Shown: positions 1 to 8,313 of the stretch, in pieces
Layout: the number at the start of each line of letters is the position of its first letter
Position numbering within the stretch: the first letter of the stretch is position 1
Origin: a virus
Taxonomy: Duplodnaviria; Heunggongvirae; Uroviricota; Caudoviricetes
Virus record (IMG/VR): IMGVR_UViG_2718218172_000006
Direction: 5' to 3' (one strand)
Length of the DNA: 15,331 nt
Made by a program: the position numbers and the translations under genes
The notes under the pieces: model-generated
What the model was told of the DNA's origin: nothing
Database searches by the model: none
Seen by the model: only the letters and a program-made list of their open reading frames with translations

Positions 1-987
1 TCACTTATTAAAATGCCCCCAACGGAAATACATGTCACATGCCATCATAAAATCGTTATGCCAGAGGCATCGACAATGGAAAAAATAGTAAATTAAGCAC
101 GGTACATAGCAGAGTAAAAAATAGGCTTCAAACCAAATCCGCCATTCCACAAGCGTTGCCAATACCGACACCAGCGTAATCCACATCATTTCAATAACCA
201 GCAATATGAATAACCGAAGCCAAAGCGGCTTGGCAAAAAAGGTCGACAACGCATTTTCACTGGAGAAAAACAGATCGATTTCCTGCAAAAAAAGCCTGCC
301 CAGAAAAGCGTACCGCTTGGAGAAGCGCAGAAAAAACAGATTAATCGCCAACACTACGCCACAAAGAATGAGCAATGCAATTATCGATTTAAACGTTAAC
401 CACTGCCCCTCTGTCACAAAAGAATCACTGTTACGTAACGGGCTGATAGTAAGCAGGTTAACAACCGTTGAGATGCACACCGAAAGCAGCACATAGCGAG
501 TCAGACTTTTATATTTTACTTTTTTCGCTACTGAAATAGCGACCTGCTTGACATAACTGGTGCGGATCATCCGAAACAGCAGAAAGATGACCAACGGCCC
601 AAGTAACGAAATCAGGAACAGCGCATATAACGAGGGTAGAAGCTGGTATAGCCCCCAACTCATTGCACTCAACATGATTAACGACAGAAATCCTGCCACC
701 AGAGGTTGTGTAAGAAATAATTCTATTTTGTGGTTCTGCTTTTTCTTAAACCACGAAAAATCGATATTCTTCGTGACGCATTTATAAGCCCAGTACGCCT
801 TGAGATCAAAAATAAAATTATACAGCACCAGGGCCAGAATCCCACTAACGACACCAATATCCTCTGATGGAAAAGTAAATCCTGCATTTTTCCAATAAAA
901 GCCTATCAGAATAAGTCCAATAGCATAAATGTATATCAGATTTCGTTTATCCTGAAAGCGAATAAAAGTTAAATAATCAGGAATCAT
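1..987 (-). CDS. polytopic integral membrane protein, function unknown (328 aa)
   Basis: Complete ORF in the six-frame track with stop at 1-3. Its ATG overlaps the stop of the upstream acyltransferase fragment (ATGA-type coupling at 984-987). The translation is long hydrophobic stretches separated by K/R-rich loops, with A+T-rich codon usage. Family not recognisable by eye. Confidence 0.55.
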   Translation of the reverse strand: MIPDYLTFIRFQDKRNLIYIYAIGLILIGFYWKNAGFTFPSEDIGVVSGILALVLYNFIFDLKAYWAYKCVTKNIDFSWFKKKQNHKIELFLTQPLVAGFLSLIMLSAMSWGLYQLLPSLYALFLISLLGPLVIFLLFRMIRTSYVKQVAISVAKKVKYKSLTRYVLLSVCISTVVNLLTISPLRNSDSFVTEGQWLTFKSIIALLILCGVVLAINLFFLRFSKRYAFLGRLFLQEIDLFFSSENALSTFFAKPLWLRLFILLVIEMMWITLVSVLATLVEWRIWFEAYFLLCYVPCLIYYFFHCRCLWHNDFMMACDMYFRWGHFNK

Positions 988-1512
988 TTGAATACCTTTG
1001 CATCACTAAATGCTTTACGACAATGCATAACTCGTTGCTGATCCACGCCAGCAAAATCATTTAACATATTCCCCAAATAGGGCTTATTACTTATTTCAAG
1101 GAAAGCTACCGGGGTTGGCATATTCAGAAATGTATCGAGAGATTCAGTCCATTTCACCGTATGGGTTAAGTGTAATGAGAGATTTTCTTTGATAATTGAC
1201 GGAGCGACCTCGCTTTTTGCTGTTACGTTCATCAGAACCTGATGCTCTGGCGAAGCGATATCCAGTCCGGCAAGATAATCGCGCATTGCCTGAACGCCGT
1301 CTTCCATCAAACGCGTGTGCCAGGCACCGCTCACACCGAGTTTAACCGGTTCGTATCCAGCGGCCATCAGCAGCGTGGCAAATTCATTCAACGAGGCCTG
1401 CGTTCCCCCAATAACCTGCTGGCGCGGCGTGTTATCACAGCTAATATCCAGCGCAATGCCTGATTCCGTAATCATCGTCTGCAGTTGTTCGCGGTTGATG
1501 CCTTTAACCGCC
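984..1512 (-). pseudogene. FabD-like malonyl-CoA:ACP transacylase, C-terminal fragment truncated by IS3
   Basis: The 163-aa track ORF (984-1475) resembles the C-terminal half of FabD-type acyltransferases (GVSGAWHTRLMEDG, VKWTESL). My manual translation shows the frame stays open upstream of the annotated Met as far as the IS3 end at 1513, where the first in-frame stop lies inside the IS. The N-terminal half of a normal ~300-aa enzyme is absent. Confidence 0.6.
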
Positions 1513-1577
1513 TGATCTTACCCAGCAATAGTGGACACGCGGCTAAGTGAGTAAACTCTCAGTCAGAGGTGACTCAC

Positions 1578-1877
1578 ATGACAAAAACAGTATCAACCAG
1601 TAAAAAACCCCGTAAACAGCATTCGCCTGAATTTCGCAGTGAAGCCCTGAAGCTTGCTGAACGCATCGGTGTTACTGCCGCAGCCCGTGAACTCAGCCTG
1701 TATGAATCACAACTCTACAACTGGCGCAGTAAACAGCAAAATCAGCAGACGTCTTCTGAACGTGAACTGGAGATGTCTACCGAGATTGCACGTCTCAAAC
1801 GCCAGCTGGCAGAACGGGATGAAGAGCTGGCTATCCTCCAAAAGGCCGCGACATACTTCGCGAAGCGCCTGAAATGA
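1578..1877 (+). CDS. insE: IS3 transposase OrfA (InsE-like)
   Basis: Track ORF 1569-1877 begins at a GTG; the likely true start is the ATG at 1578, giving [31 protein letters not shown]..., 99 aa. This matches IS3 OrfA as I remember it. Confidence 0.88.
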
Positions 1878-2136
1878 AGTATGTCTTTATTGAAAAACAT
1901 CAGGCTGAGTTCAGCATCAAAGCAATGTGCCGCGTGCTCCGGGTGGCCCGCAGCGGCTGGTATACGTGGTGTCAGCGGCGGACAAGGATAAGCACGCGTC
2001 AGCAGTTCCGCCAACACTGCGACAGCGTTGTCCTCGCGGCTTTTACCCGGTCAAAACAGCGTTACGGTGCCCCACGCCTGACGGATGAACTGCGTGCTCA
2101 GGGTTACCCCTTTAACGTAAAAACCGTGGCGGCAAG
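1874..2136 (+). CDS. insF: IS3 transposase OrfB (InsF-like), N-terminal part only
   Basis: Track ORF 1874-2257 ([32 protein letters not shown]...) overlaps the orfA stop in the -1 frame (ATGA), as in IS3 family elements. The translation becomes X from 2137 because of the N-run, so only the N-terminal part is real sequence. Confidence 0.82.
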
Positions 2137-2236
2137 NNNNNNNNNNNNNNNNNNNNNNNNNNNNNNNNNNNNNNNNNNNNNNNNNNNNNNNNNNNNNNNN
2201 NNNNNNNNNNNNNNNNNNNNNNNNNNNNNNNNNNNN
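2137..2236. other. assembly gap (100 N)
   Basis: Run of exactly 100 n characters; sequence either side is unrelated in composition. Confidence 0.99.
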
Positions 2237-2505
2237 CACTACAGCAGAGCCATGTAGACAACATCCCCTCCCCCTTTCCACCGCGTCAGACGCCCGTAGC
2301 AGCCCGCTACGGGCTTTTTCATGCCCTGCCCTAGCGTCCAAGCCTCACGGCCGCGCTCGGCCTCTCTGGCGGCCTTCTGGCGCTCCTGCTGCGGCGTCCG
2401 CTCGTGGGCCGTGGCGCGGGTCCGCGCGCCGGCCTCGTGCGCCTGGCGCTCGCGGGCGAGGTCCAGGGCGGCCGTCTTCACGTTCTGCCTTGCGCAGATG
2501 AGATA
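2237..2505. other. G+C-rich flank outside the transposon terminal repeat (probably plasmid backbone)
   Basis: Visibly G+C-rich sequence outside the 38-bp IR. The four overlapping track ORFs here are most likely chance frames. Part of it (…CGCCCGTAGCAGCCCGCTACGGGCTTTTTCATGCCCTGCCCTAGCGTCC…) reminds me of broad-host-range plasmid backbone sequence; this is unverified. Confidence 0.3.
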
Positions 2506-2543
2506 GGGGAGCCCGCAGAACTCGGAAAAAATCGTACGCTAAG
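2506..2543. repeat. 38-bp terminal inverted repeat of a Tn21-family transposon (tnpA end)
   Basis: GGGGAGCCCGCAGAACTCGGAAAAAATCGTACGCTAAG at 2506-2543, close to the Tn501/Tn1721-type IR as I remember it. The tnpA stop codon (2539-2541) lies inside it, as is typical for this family. Confidence 0.8.
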
Positions 2544-5505
2544 GTTTTCCGAGCTGCCGCAGCGGCCTGAATTTCCCGTCTTCCAGCTTGCGGCTTTGCC
2601 GCCAAACGTAATCGCCGGTCAGGTTGATGTGCTCCCAGCCCAATGGCGAAAGGTATTGCAGTAACTCAGGATTAACTGGCTTGCCTGCCTCTTCTCGGGC
2701 CTGGGTCGCGCGCTCCAAGTACACGGTGTTCCACAACACGATGGCGGCCGTCACCAGGTTGAGGCCGCTGGCCCGGTAGCGCTGCTGCTCGAAACTCCGA
2801 TCCCTGATCTCGCCGAGGCGGTTGAAGAACACCGCCCTGGCCAGGGAGTTACGCGCCTCGCCCTTGTTCAATCCGGCATGCACGCGGCGACGCAGTTCCA
2901 CGCTTTGCAGCCAATCGAGGATGAACAGCGTGCGCTCGATCCGACCCAGCTCGCGCAGAGCCACGGCCAGGCCGTTCTGGCGCGGGTAGCTGCCAAGCTT
3001 GCGCAGCATCAGCGATGCGGTGACGGTGCCCTGCTTGATCGACGCGGCCAGCCGCAGAATCTCGTCCCAGTGAGCGCAGACGTGCTTGATGTTCAGGGTT
3101 CCGCCGAGCATTGGACGCAGCGTCGGGTAGTCTTGGACGCTATTGGGCACATACAACTTGGTTTCACCGAGGTCGCGGATGCGCGGCGCGAAGCGGAAGC
3201 CCAGCAGGTGCATCAGGGCGAAGACGTGATCGGTGAAGCCAGCGGTGTCGGTGTAGTGCTCCTCGATCCGCAGATCGGACTCGTGGTACAGCAGACCGTC
3301 GAGCACGTAGGTGGAATCACGCACGCCTACATTCACCACGCGGGTGCTGAACGGCGCGTACTGGTCAGAGATGTGGGTGTAGAACAGCCGTCCTGGCTCG
3401 CTACCGTACTTCGGGTTGACGTGGCCGGTGCTCTCGCCTTTACCGCCGGCACGGAAACGCTGGCCATCGGAGGATGAGGTGGTGCCGTCACCCCAGTTGG
3501 CGGCGAAGGCATGCCGGAACTGGCTGTTGACCAGCTCGGCCAGGGCCGTCGAGTAGGTTTCGTCACGGATGTGCCAGGCTTGCAACCAGGACAGCTTGGC
3601 GTAGGTCATGCCCGGACTCGACTCGGCCATTTTGGTCAGGCCGAGGTTGATGGCATCGCCCAGGATCGCCGTTAGCAGTAGCGTCCGGTCTTTCGCCTGT
3701 GCGCCATCCTTCAGGTGCGTGAAGTGGCGGGTGAAGCCCGTCCATTCATCCACATCCATCAGCAGCTCGGTGATCTTGATGCGCGGCAGTAGCTGGCTGG
3801 TCTGGTCGATCAGCGCCTGCGCGGTGTTGGGCACCGCGGAATCCAGCGGGGTGATTTTTAGCCCGGACTCGGTGAGGATGGCATCGGGTAGTTCGTTGTC
3901 CTTTGCCAGTCGGGTGACAGTGGCCAGCTGCTCGTCCAGCAGCTGCAAACGCTCTTCCAGGTACTGGTCGCTGTTCGGGTTGATCGCGAGTGGCAGCGCC
4001 TGTTCCCGCTTGAGTGCGGCGAATTTCTCGGGAGGCAGTAGGTAGTCATCGAAGTCGCGGAACTGCCGCGAGCCTTTGACCCAGATGTCGCCGGAGCGCA
4101 GCGCGTTCTTCAACTCGGACAAGGCGCAGATTTCGTAGAAGCGCCGGTCGATGCCTTCCGGGGTGATCACCAGCGGTTTCCAGCGCGGCTTGATGAAGGC
4201 GGTCGGTGCGTCGGAGGGCACCTTGCGCAGATTATCGGCATTCATCTCGCGTAGGGTCTGAACGGCATCCAGCACGGCTTGCGCTGCCGTCGCGGCTCGG
4301 AGCTGAAGCACCTCCAGAAAGGCTGGGGTGTAGCGGCGTAGCGTAGCGAAGTTCTCGCTGACCAGGTGCAGGTGGTCGAAGGCTTCCGGCCGGGCCAGCA
4401 GCTCGGCCTCAGTGACACTCTGGGTGAACTCGTCCCAGGGAATGACCGCCTCGATGGCGGCGAACGGATCGTCACCGGACTCTTTAGCGTCCAGCAGGGC
4501 CTGGCCGATCTTCGAGTACAGGCGCACCTTGTCATTGATCGCTTTGCCCTGCTTCTGGAACTGCTGCTGATGCTTGTGTTTCGCGCCACTGAACAGCTTG
4601 ACCAGGATGCGGTCGTGCAGATCAACCAGTTCATCGATCACGGTCGCGGTGCTTTCCAGTACCACGGCGACCAGCGTGGCATAGCGCCTCTCCGGTTCGA
4701 ACTTGCCGAGGTCTTGTGGCGTCATCTGCCCGCCCTCGCGGGCGAGCTTCAGCAATCGGTTCTGGTGGATGTGCCGGCCGAGGCTGTCGGGAAGGCCCAC
4801 CAGTTGGAAAATCTTCAGCCGCTCGATGTGCTCGATCATGTGCCGCGAGTTCGGCTTCAGCGGTGATTGCCGCAACCAGGTCAACCAAGTGCTGTTGCTG
4901 CCGGCCTTAATGGTGAGCAGTTCGTCGAGCTTGGCGTGATGCGATGGGTTCAACGGCTCGATCAGGGCGCGATAGACCCGCCGATTGGCGCGTGCAATGG
5001 CCTCCGAACACGCCCGGTCAATAACGCTCAGCGTCGGCAGGATGCGCCGCTTCTGGCGCAAGCTCTCCAGCGCCTGCCCGGCCAGCAGCAAGCCCTTGTC
5101 GGTCTGCTGGGCCAGCTCGGTCAACTCGCGCACCAGGGCGCGGAAGTCCGACAGACCGAACGGGGCCAGTTGCAGGTAGGTGCGCAGTTCCAGAGCGTGC
5201 TCGCGGCGGGTCACGTCGCGCTCACCGTACTTCGCCCAACTCGCGGGGTCGGCTTGGACTTGCTTGGCCACCCACTGGATCACGGGCTCGGGTAGCGCCG
5301 TGTCGTTGCCCAGCGCATAACCAGGGTAGCGCAGCAGGCAGAGCTGCACGGCGAAGCCGAGGCGGTTGCCATCGCCCCGCCGTTGACGGATCAGGGATAG
5401 GTCGGAGTCGTTGAAGGTGTAGTAGCGGATCAGGTCATCCTGGCTTTCTGGCAGCGCAAGCAGGGTGTCGCGCTCCGTAGCCGAGAGAATCGAGCGACGC
5501 GGCAT
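2539..5505 (-). CDS. tnpA: Tn3-superfamily (Tn21 subgroup) transposase TnpA, 988 aa
   Basis: 988-aa ORF starting [37 protein letters not shown]..., with conserved blocks I recall from Tn21/Tn501 TnpA (e.g. [41 protein letters not shown]). Length matches the family. Confidence 0.95.
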   Translation of the reverse strand: MPRRSILSATERDTLLALPESQDDLIRYYTFNDSDLSLIRQRRGDGNRLGFAVQLCLLRYPGYALGNDTALPEPVIQWVAKQVQADPASWAKYGERDVTRREHALELRTYLQLAPFGLSDFRALVRELTELAQQTDKGLLLAGQALESLRQKRRILPTLSVIDRACSEAIARANRRVYRALIEPLNPSHHAKLDELLTIKAGSNSTWLTWLRQSPLKPNSRHMIEHIERLKIFQLVGLPDSLGRHIHQNRLLKLAREGGQMTPQDLGKFEPERRYATLVAVVLESTATVIDELVDLHDRILVKLFSGAKHKHQQQFQKQGKAINDKVRLYSKIGQALLDAKESGDDPFAAIEAVIPWDEFTQSVTEAELLARPEAFDHLHLVSENFATLRRYTPAFLEVLQLRAATAAQAVLDAVQTLREMNADNLRKVPSDAPTAFIKPRWKPLVITPEGIDRRFYEICALSELKNALRSGDIWVKGSRQFRDFDDYLLPPEKFAALKREQALPLAINPNSDQYLEERLQLLDEQLATVTRLAKDNELPDAILTESGLKITPLDSAVPNTAQALIDQTSQLLPRIKITELLMDVDEWTGFTRHFTHLKDGAQAKDRTLLLTAILGDAINLGLTKMAESSPGMTYAKLSWLQAWHIRDETYSTALAELVNSQFRHAFAANWGDGTTSSSDGQRFRAGGKGESTGHVNPKYGSEPGRLFYTHISDQYAPFSTRVVNVGVRDSTYVLDGLLYHESDLRIEEHYTDTAGFTDHVFALMHLLGFRFAPRIRDLGETKLYVPNSVQDYPTLRPMLGGTLNIKHVCAHWDEILRLAASIKQGTVTASLMLRKLGSYPRQNGLAVALRELGRIERTLFILDWLQSVELRRRVHAGLNKGEARNSLARAVFFNRLGEIRDRSFEQQRYRASGLNLVTAAIVLWNTVYLERATQAREEAGKPVNPELLQYLSPLGWEHINLTGDYVWRQSRKLEDGKFRPLRQLGKP

Positions 5506-5508
5506 GGT

Positions 5509-6069
5509 TCAGTCGTCCGTGCGAAGGTACTGGTAGAGGGTTTCACGGCTGATGCCGAACTCGCGTGCGAGCTGAGCCTTCGGCTCGCCGGCAGCGGCCC
5601 GCTGCCGCAACGTGATGGCTTGATCGTCGGAGAGAGCTTTCTTGCGGCCCCGGTAAGCACCGCGCTGCTTGGCCAGGGCGATGCCCTCGCGCTGCCGCTC
5701 GCGGATCAGGGCGCGCTCGAACTCGGCAAAGGCCCCCATGACCGACAACATGAGGTTGGCCATGGGCGAGTCCTCGCCGGTGAACACCAACCCCTCCTTC
5801 AAGAACTCGATGCGCACGCCGCGCTTGGTCAGCCTTTGCACCAGACGGCGCAGATCGTCGAGGTTGCGCGCCAGGCGATCCATGCTGTGCACCACCACGG
5901 TATCGCCTTCGCGGACGAATCCGAGCATGGCTTCCAGCTGCGGGCGCTGGGTGTCCTTGCCCGAGGCCTTGTCGGTGAACAGCTTGCCGATCTCGACCTG
6001 CTCAAGTTGGCGTTCCGGGTTCTGGTCGTAACTGCTGACCCGAACGTAACCGATGCGTTGTCCCTGCAA
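5509..6069 (-). CDS. tnpR: serine recombinase (resolvase) TnpR
   Basis: The track gives 5509-6123 (204 aa), but the conserved resolvase N-terminus starts at QGQRIGYVRVSS. A TTG at 6067-6069 is preceded by GGAGG, giving a ~186-aa protein typical of Tn501/Tn1721 TnpR. The start is uncertain; the ATG at 6123 is the alternative. It sits 3 bp upstream of tnpA on the same strand. Confidence 0.88.
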   Translation of the reverse strand: MQGQRIGYVRVSSYDQNPERQLEQVEIGKLFTDKASGKDTQRPQLEAMLGFVREGDTVVVHSMDRLARNLDDLRRLVQRLTKRGVRIEFLKEGLVFTGEDSPMANLMLSVMGAFAEFERALIRERQREGIALAKQRGAYRGRKKALSDDQAITLRQRAAAGEPKAQLAREFGISRETLYQYLRTDD

Positions 6070-6260
6070 GATGCCTCCATAGGCTGGATGGGCGGTAGGG
6101 CTTACGTTGGTTTTTGGTTCCATTGCGCCCTAAGCCTTGAATTTGTCAGGTTGGAATCTATGACCTTGGCAAGCATGTGTCAAAGAATGTGAAAGCAGAC
6201 TCTATTCTGACGGCGCAGTGTCGTTTTCAGAAGACGGCTGCACTGAACGTCAGAAGCCGA
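6070..6260. promoter_or_regulatory. res (resolution) site region and tnpR promoter, approximate extent
   Basis: By position: in Tn21-family elements the three-subsite res region lies immediately upstream of tnpR. Sequence shows repeated TGTCA-containing dyads (TGTCAGGTTGG…, CATGTGTCAAAG…). Sub-site boundaries not determined. Confidence 0.45.
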
Positions 6261-6502
6261 CTGCACTATAGCAGCGGAGGGGTTGGATCCATCAGGCAAC
6301 GACGGGCTGCTGCCGGCCATCAGCGGACGCAGGGAGGACTTTCCGCAACCGGCCGTTCGATGCGGCACCGATGGCCTTCGCGCAGGGGTAGTGAATCCGC
6401 CAGGATTGACTTGCGCTGCCCTACCTCTCACTAGTGAGGGGCGGCAGCGCATCAAGCGGTGAGCGCACTCCGGCACCGCCAACTTTCAGCACATGCGTGT
6501 AA

Positions 6503-6602
6503 NNNNNNNNNNNNNNNNNNNNNNNNNNNNNNNNNNNNNNNNNNNNNNNNNNNNNNNNNNNNNNNNNNNNNNNNNNNNNNNNNNNNNNNNNNNNNNNNNN
6601 NN
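6503..6602. other. assembly gap (100 N)
   Basis: Run of 100 n characters. Confidence 0.99.
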
Positions 6603-6607
6603 GTCTC

Positions 6608-6763
6608 TTACTCCTCAGGTTCGTAAGCTGTGAAGACAGCGACCTCCGTCTGGCCGGTTCGGATTCGTACCTCGCAGAGGTCTTTCCTCGTTACCAGTGC
6701 CGTCACTATGACGGTTAAACAGATGACGATCAGGGCGATTAACATCGCCTTTTGCTGCTTCAT
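6608..6763 (-). CDS. hokD: Hok/Gef-family small membrane toxin (HokD/RelF-like), 51 aa
   Basis: Not in the track (under 60 aa). My manual translation gives MKQQKAMLIALIVICLTVIVTALVTRKDLCEVRIRTGQTEVAVFTAYEPEE, stop at 6608-6610, with AGGAGA upstream of the ATG. It lies 71 bp downstream of relE, as in the relBEF locus. Confidence 0.85.
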   Translation of the reverse strand: MKQQKAMLIALIVICLTVIVTALVTRKDLCEVRIRTGQTEVAVFTAYEPEE

Positions 6764-6834
6764 AGCCTGCTTCTCCTGTCAACGCAAAGCAGAAGTGTCA
6801 CCTTCGGTGCGAAACAGAGATGTCATGCTTTGGT

Positions 6835-7122
6835 TCAGAGAATGCGTTTGACCGCCTCGCTATATACTTCCGAGCGTTCTCTTTTCCCAACAGAAATCAC
6901 GAAAACGACAACTTTCTCGTCTATAACCTGGTATACAAGGCGATAGCCTGAAGACCGGAGCTTAATCTTGTAACAATCAGGCATACCACGGAGCTTGTTT
7001 GCTTCAATCCGGGGTGACTCAAGTACTTCAACCAGCTTCTTTTTCAACTGTTCACGTACCGTCGAGCCCAGCTTTCGCCATTCCTTTAGTGCCCGCTCGT
7101 CAAAATCCAGAAAATACGCCAT
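6835..7122 (-). CDS. relE: RelE mRNA-interferase toxin (type II TA)
   Basis: 95-aa ORF MAYFLDFDERALKEWRKLGSTVREQLKKKLVEVLESPRIEANKLRGMPDCYKIKLRSSGYRLVYQVIDEKVVVFVISVGKRERSEVYSEAVKRIL, recognised as E. coli RelE. Confidence 0.95.
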   Translation of the reverse strand: MAYFLDFDERALKEWRKLGSTVREQLKKKLVEVLESPRIEANKLRGMPDCYKIKLRSSGYRLVYQVIDEKVVVFVISVGKRERSEVYSEAVKRIL

Positions 7123-7361
7123 CAGAGTTCATCCAGCGTCACACGTACTGGCTTAGGATTACGAAGCCGTTCTTTCACTATCTCCACAAGTTCAGCATCT
7201 TCATCACTCAGGAGTGTCTGTTTGAACGGCAAGCGTTCATTGTCAGCGATATACTCGAGCATGAGACGAAGCGCTTCAGAAGGAGTTACACCCATTTTTT
7301 CAAGCGCGGCGTAAGAACGCGCTTTAAGTTCATCGTCAATACGCAGGTTAATGCTACCCAT
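7122..7361 (-). CDS. relB: RelB antitoxin
   Basis: 79-aa ORF MGSINLRIDDELKARSYAALEKMGVTPSEALRLMLEYIADNERLPFKQTLLSDEDAELVEIVKERLRNPKPVRVTLDEL, recognised as E. coli RelB. It overlaps the relE start by 1 bp. Confidence 0.95.
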   Translation of the reverse strand: MGSINLRIDDELKARSYAALEKMGVTPSEALRLMLEYIADNERLPFKQTLLSDEDAELVEIVKERLRNPKPVRVTLDEL

Positions 7362-7425
7362 GTCTTACACCTCTTGTAATTACAAATGTCATTACAAGTA
7401 TCGCACTACAACATGCTTAGGGCAA
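7362..7425 (-). promoter_or_regulatory. relBE promoter/operator region (relO-like hexad repeats)
   Basis: Immediately upstream of relB the minus strand reads …TTGCCCTAAGCATGTTGTAGTGCGATACTTGTAATGACATTTGTAATTACAAGAGGTGTAAGAC-ATG. The palindromic TTGTAAT/ATTACAA repeats are consistent with the RelB-RelE operator. Confidence 0.55.
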
Positions 7426-7691
7426 GTCACGAAGGAAGTCAGAAAGTAGTCGTAAGAACGGTGATCACTGTCCGCTTTGTGCCAGGAGCAGCCATTGCTA
7501 AGTCCATCCTGTATTGTGCAGGTCAGCTCGTTTTTAAAGAGTCCGGCCATCATCTTACTGGTACAGACACCATATACTTTGTGACGGTCAGGCTACATAT
7601 GCACAACTCAACTTATTCATCTATTTTTTGCTTTAGCATGTCAGTGTTGCTTTCTCGTCGGCGGGTGAGCGGTGACCTGACCTGTCGATAA
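7386..7691 (+). CDS. ydfV: hypothetical protein (YdfV-like ORF), doubtful
   Basis: 101-aa track ORF between relB and flxA, the position and length of K-12 ydfV as I remember it. It overlaps the relBE promoter and has an odd composition, so it may not be a real gene. Confidence 0.3.
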   Translation: MSLQVSHYNMLRASHEGSQKVVVRTVITVRFVPGAAIAKSILYCAGQLVFKESGHHLTGTDTIYFVTVRLHMHNSTYSSIFCFSMSVLLSRRRVSGDLTCR

Positions 7692-7843
7692 AGGAACGTA
7701 ACACGTTTTATGCAACACCCGCATGCGGCAGAAAATTATTGCCGAACGTTTACCCCTGTCAACAAGCTTTACTTTCTGAGGCGCGCCAGCCCGCGAGGAA
7801 AACAATCTGAACATCAAACAATTAATGACACAAGAAATACGAT

Positions 7844-7870
7844 TAAAGATTTTTTTGTGCATGCCGATAG
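7844..7870 (+). promoter_or_regulatory. sigma-28 (FliA) class-3 flagellar promoter of flxA
   Basis: TAAAGATT (7844-7851), 11-nt spacer, GCCGATAG (7863-7870), against the sigma-28 consensus TAAAGTTT-N11-GCCGATAA. AAAGGAG ribosome-binding site at 7880-7886, ATG at 7894. Confidence 0.7.
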
Positions 7871-7893
7871 TGCTTTTTTAAAAGGAGAAATCT

Positions 7894-8226
7894 ATGTCTG
7901 TCACAATTCAGGGAAATACCTCAACCGTTATTTCAAACAACTCCGCCCCGGAAGGAACATCAGAAATAGCCAAAATCACAAGACAAATTCAGGTGCTGAC
8001 TGAAAAGCTTGGGAAAATCTCATCGGAAGAGGGGATGACGACACAGCAGAAAAAAGAAATGGCTGCATTGGTACAGAAGCAAATTGAAAGCCTCTGGGCT
8101 CAACTGGAGCAGTTGTTAAGGCAGCAGGCAGAGAAAAAGAATGAAGACGCGACAGTTCAGCCTGATAAAAAAGAAGAGAAAAAAGACGATACAAATACCG
8201 CTGGCACCATTGATATTTACGTCTAA
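7894..8226 (+). CDS. flxA: FlxA (FliA-regulated protein), 110 aa
   Basis: 110-aa ORF MSVTIQGNTSTVISNNSAPEGTSEIAKITRQIQVLTEKLG…, recognised as E. coli FlxA, with a sigma-28 promoter just upstream. Confidence 0.85.
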   Translation: MSVTIQGNTSTVISNNSAPEGTSEIAKITRQIQVLTEKLGKISSEEGMTTQQKKEMAALVQKQIESLWAQLEQLLRQQAEKKNEDATVQPDKKEEKKDDTNTAGTIDIYV

Positions 8227-8240
8227 GTGACAGCCGTATT

Positions 8241-8264
8241 GTGGCCCTCATCGGGCCACTTTTC
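8241..8264 (+). terminator. intrinsic terminator downstream of flxA
   Basis: GTGGCCC-tcatc-GGGCCAC (7-bp perfect stem) followed by TTTTCGCC, 15 nt after the flxA stop. Confidence 0.6.
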
Positions 8265-8313
8265 GCCATCAGCCTTTTCTTTAAAGACATATTATCTTTG
8301 TATCATTTCTGAT

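Larger units (their letters stand above)
1513..2136 (+). mobile_element. IS3 (left end and first half; remainder lost in the assembly gap)
   Basis: Sequence from 1513 starts TGATCTTACCCAGCAATAGTGGACACGCGGCTAAGTGAG, which I recognise as the IS3 left inverted repeat. It is followed by the two overlapping IS3 transposase frames. The element runs directly into the N-run at 2137. Confidence 0.88.
2506..6502 (-). mobile_element. Tn21-family (Tn501/Tn1721-like) transposon, transposition module only; cargo side lost in the gap
   Basis: IR, tnpA, tnpR and res are in the canonical order and orientation. The segment ends at the N-run at 6503, so the cargo (mer, tet or other) is not visible. Confidence 0.85.

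Noticed and set aside
1242-1515. Plus-strand ORFs 1242-1463 and 1315-1515 inside the acyltransferase fragment
   Set aside because: Antisense to a frame with clear FabD-like similarity, and they end at the IS3 junction.
2239-2664. Four mutually overlapping ORFs (2239-2481 -, 2345-2605 -, 2321-2506 +, 2404-2664 +) in the G+C-rich flank
   Set aside because: High G+C sequence gives long chance ORFs on every frame. They overlap each other and the transposon terminal repeat, and the translations are Arg/Ala/Pro-rich with low complexity.
2878-5295. Multiple ORFs inside tnpA, both antisense (e.g. 2878-3477, 3608-4045, 4366-4866, 4867-5295) and same-strand out-of-frame (e.g. 3333-3566, 4242-4634, 4631-4888)
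   Set aside because: All lie entirely within the well-supported 988-aa transposase gene; they are typical shadow ORFs of G+C-rich coding sequence.
6069-6123. 204-aa version of TnpR starting at the ATG at 6123
   Set aside because: The resolvase fold begins at QGQRIGYVRVSS, and a TTG with GGAGG gives the family-typical ~186 aa. The extra 18 residues would overlap the res site. Kept as an alternative start, not a separate feature.
5620-6482. ORFs overlapping tnpR and the res region (5620-6192 +, 5669-6031 +, 5829-6080 -, 6177-6434 +, 6180-6482 -)
   Set aside because: They overlap the resolvase gene or the res site and have low-complexity translations. A real upstream gene cannot be assessed because the segment ends at the gap.
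7641-7862. 73-aa minus-strand ORF between relB and flxA
   Set aside because: It runs through the flxA sigma-28 promoter and overlaps the ydfV-like ORF; no ribosome-binding site seen.
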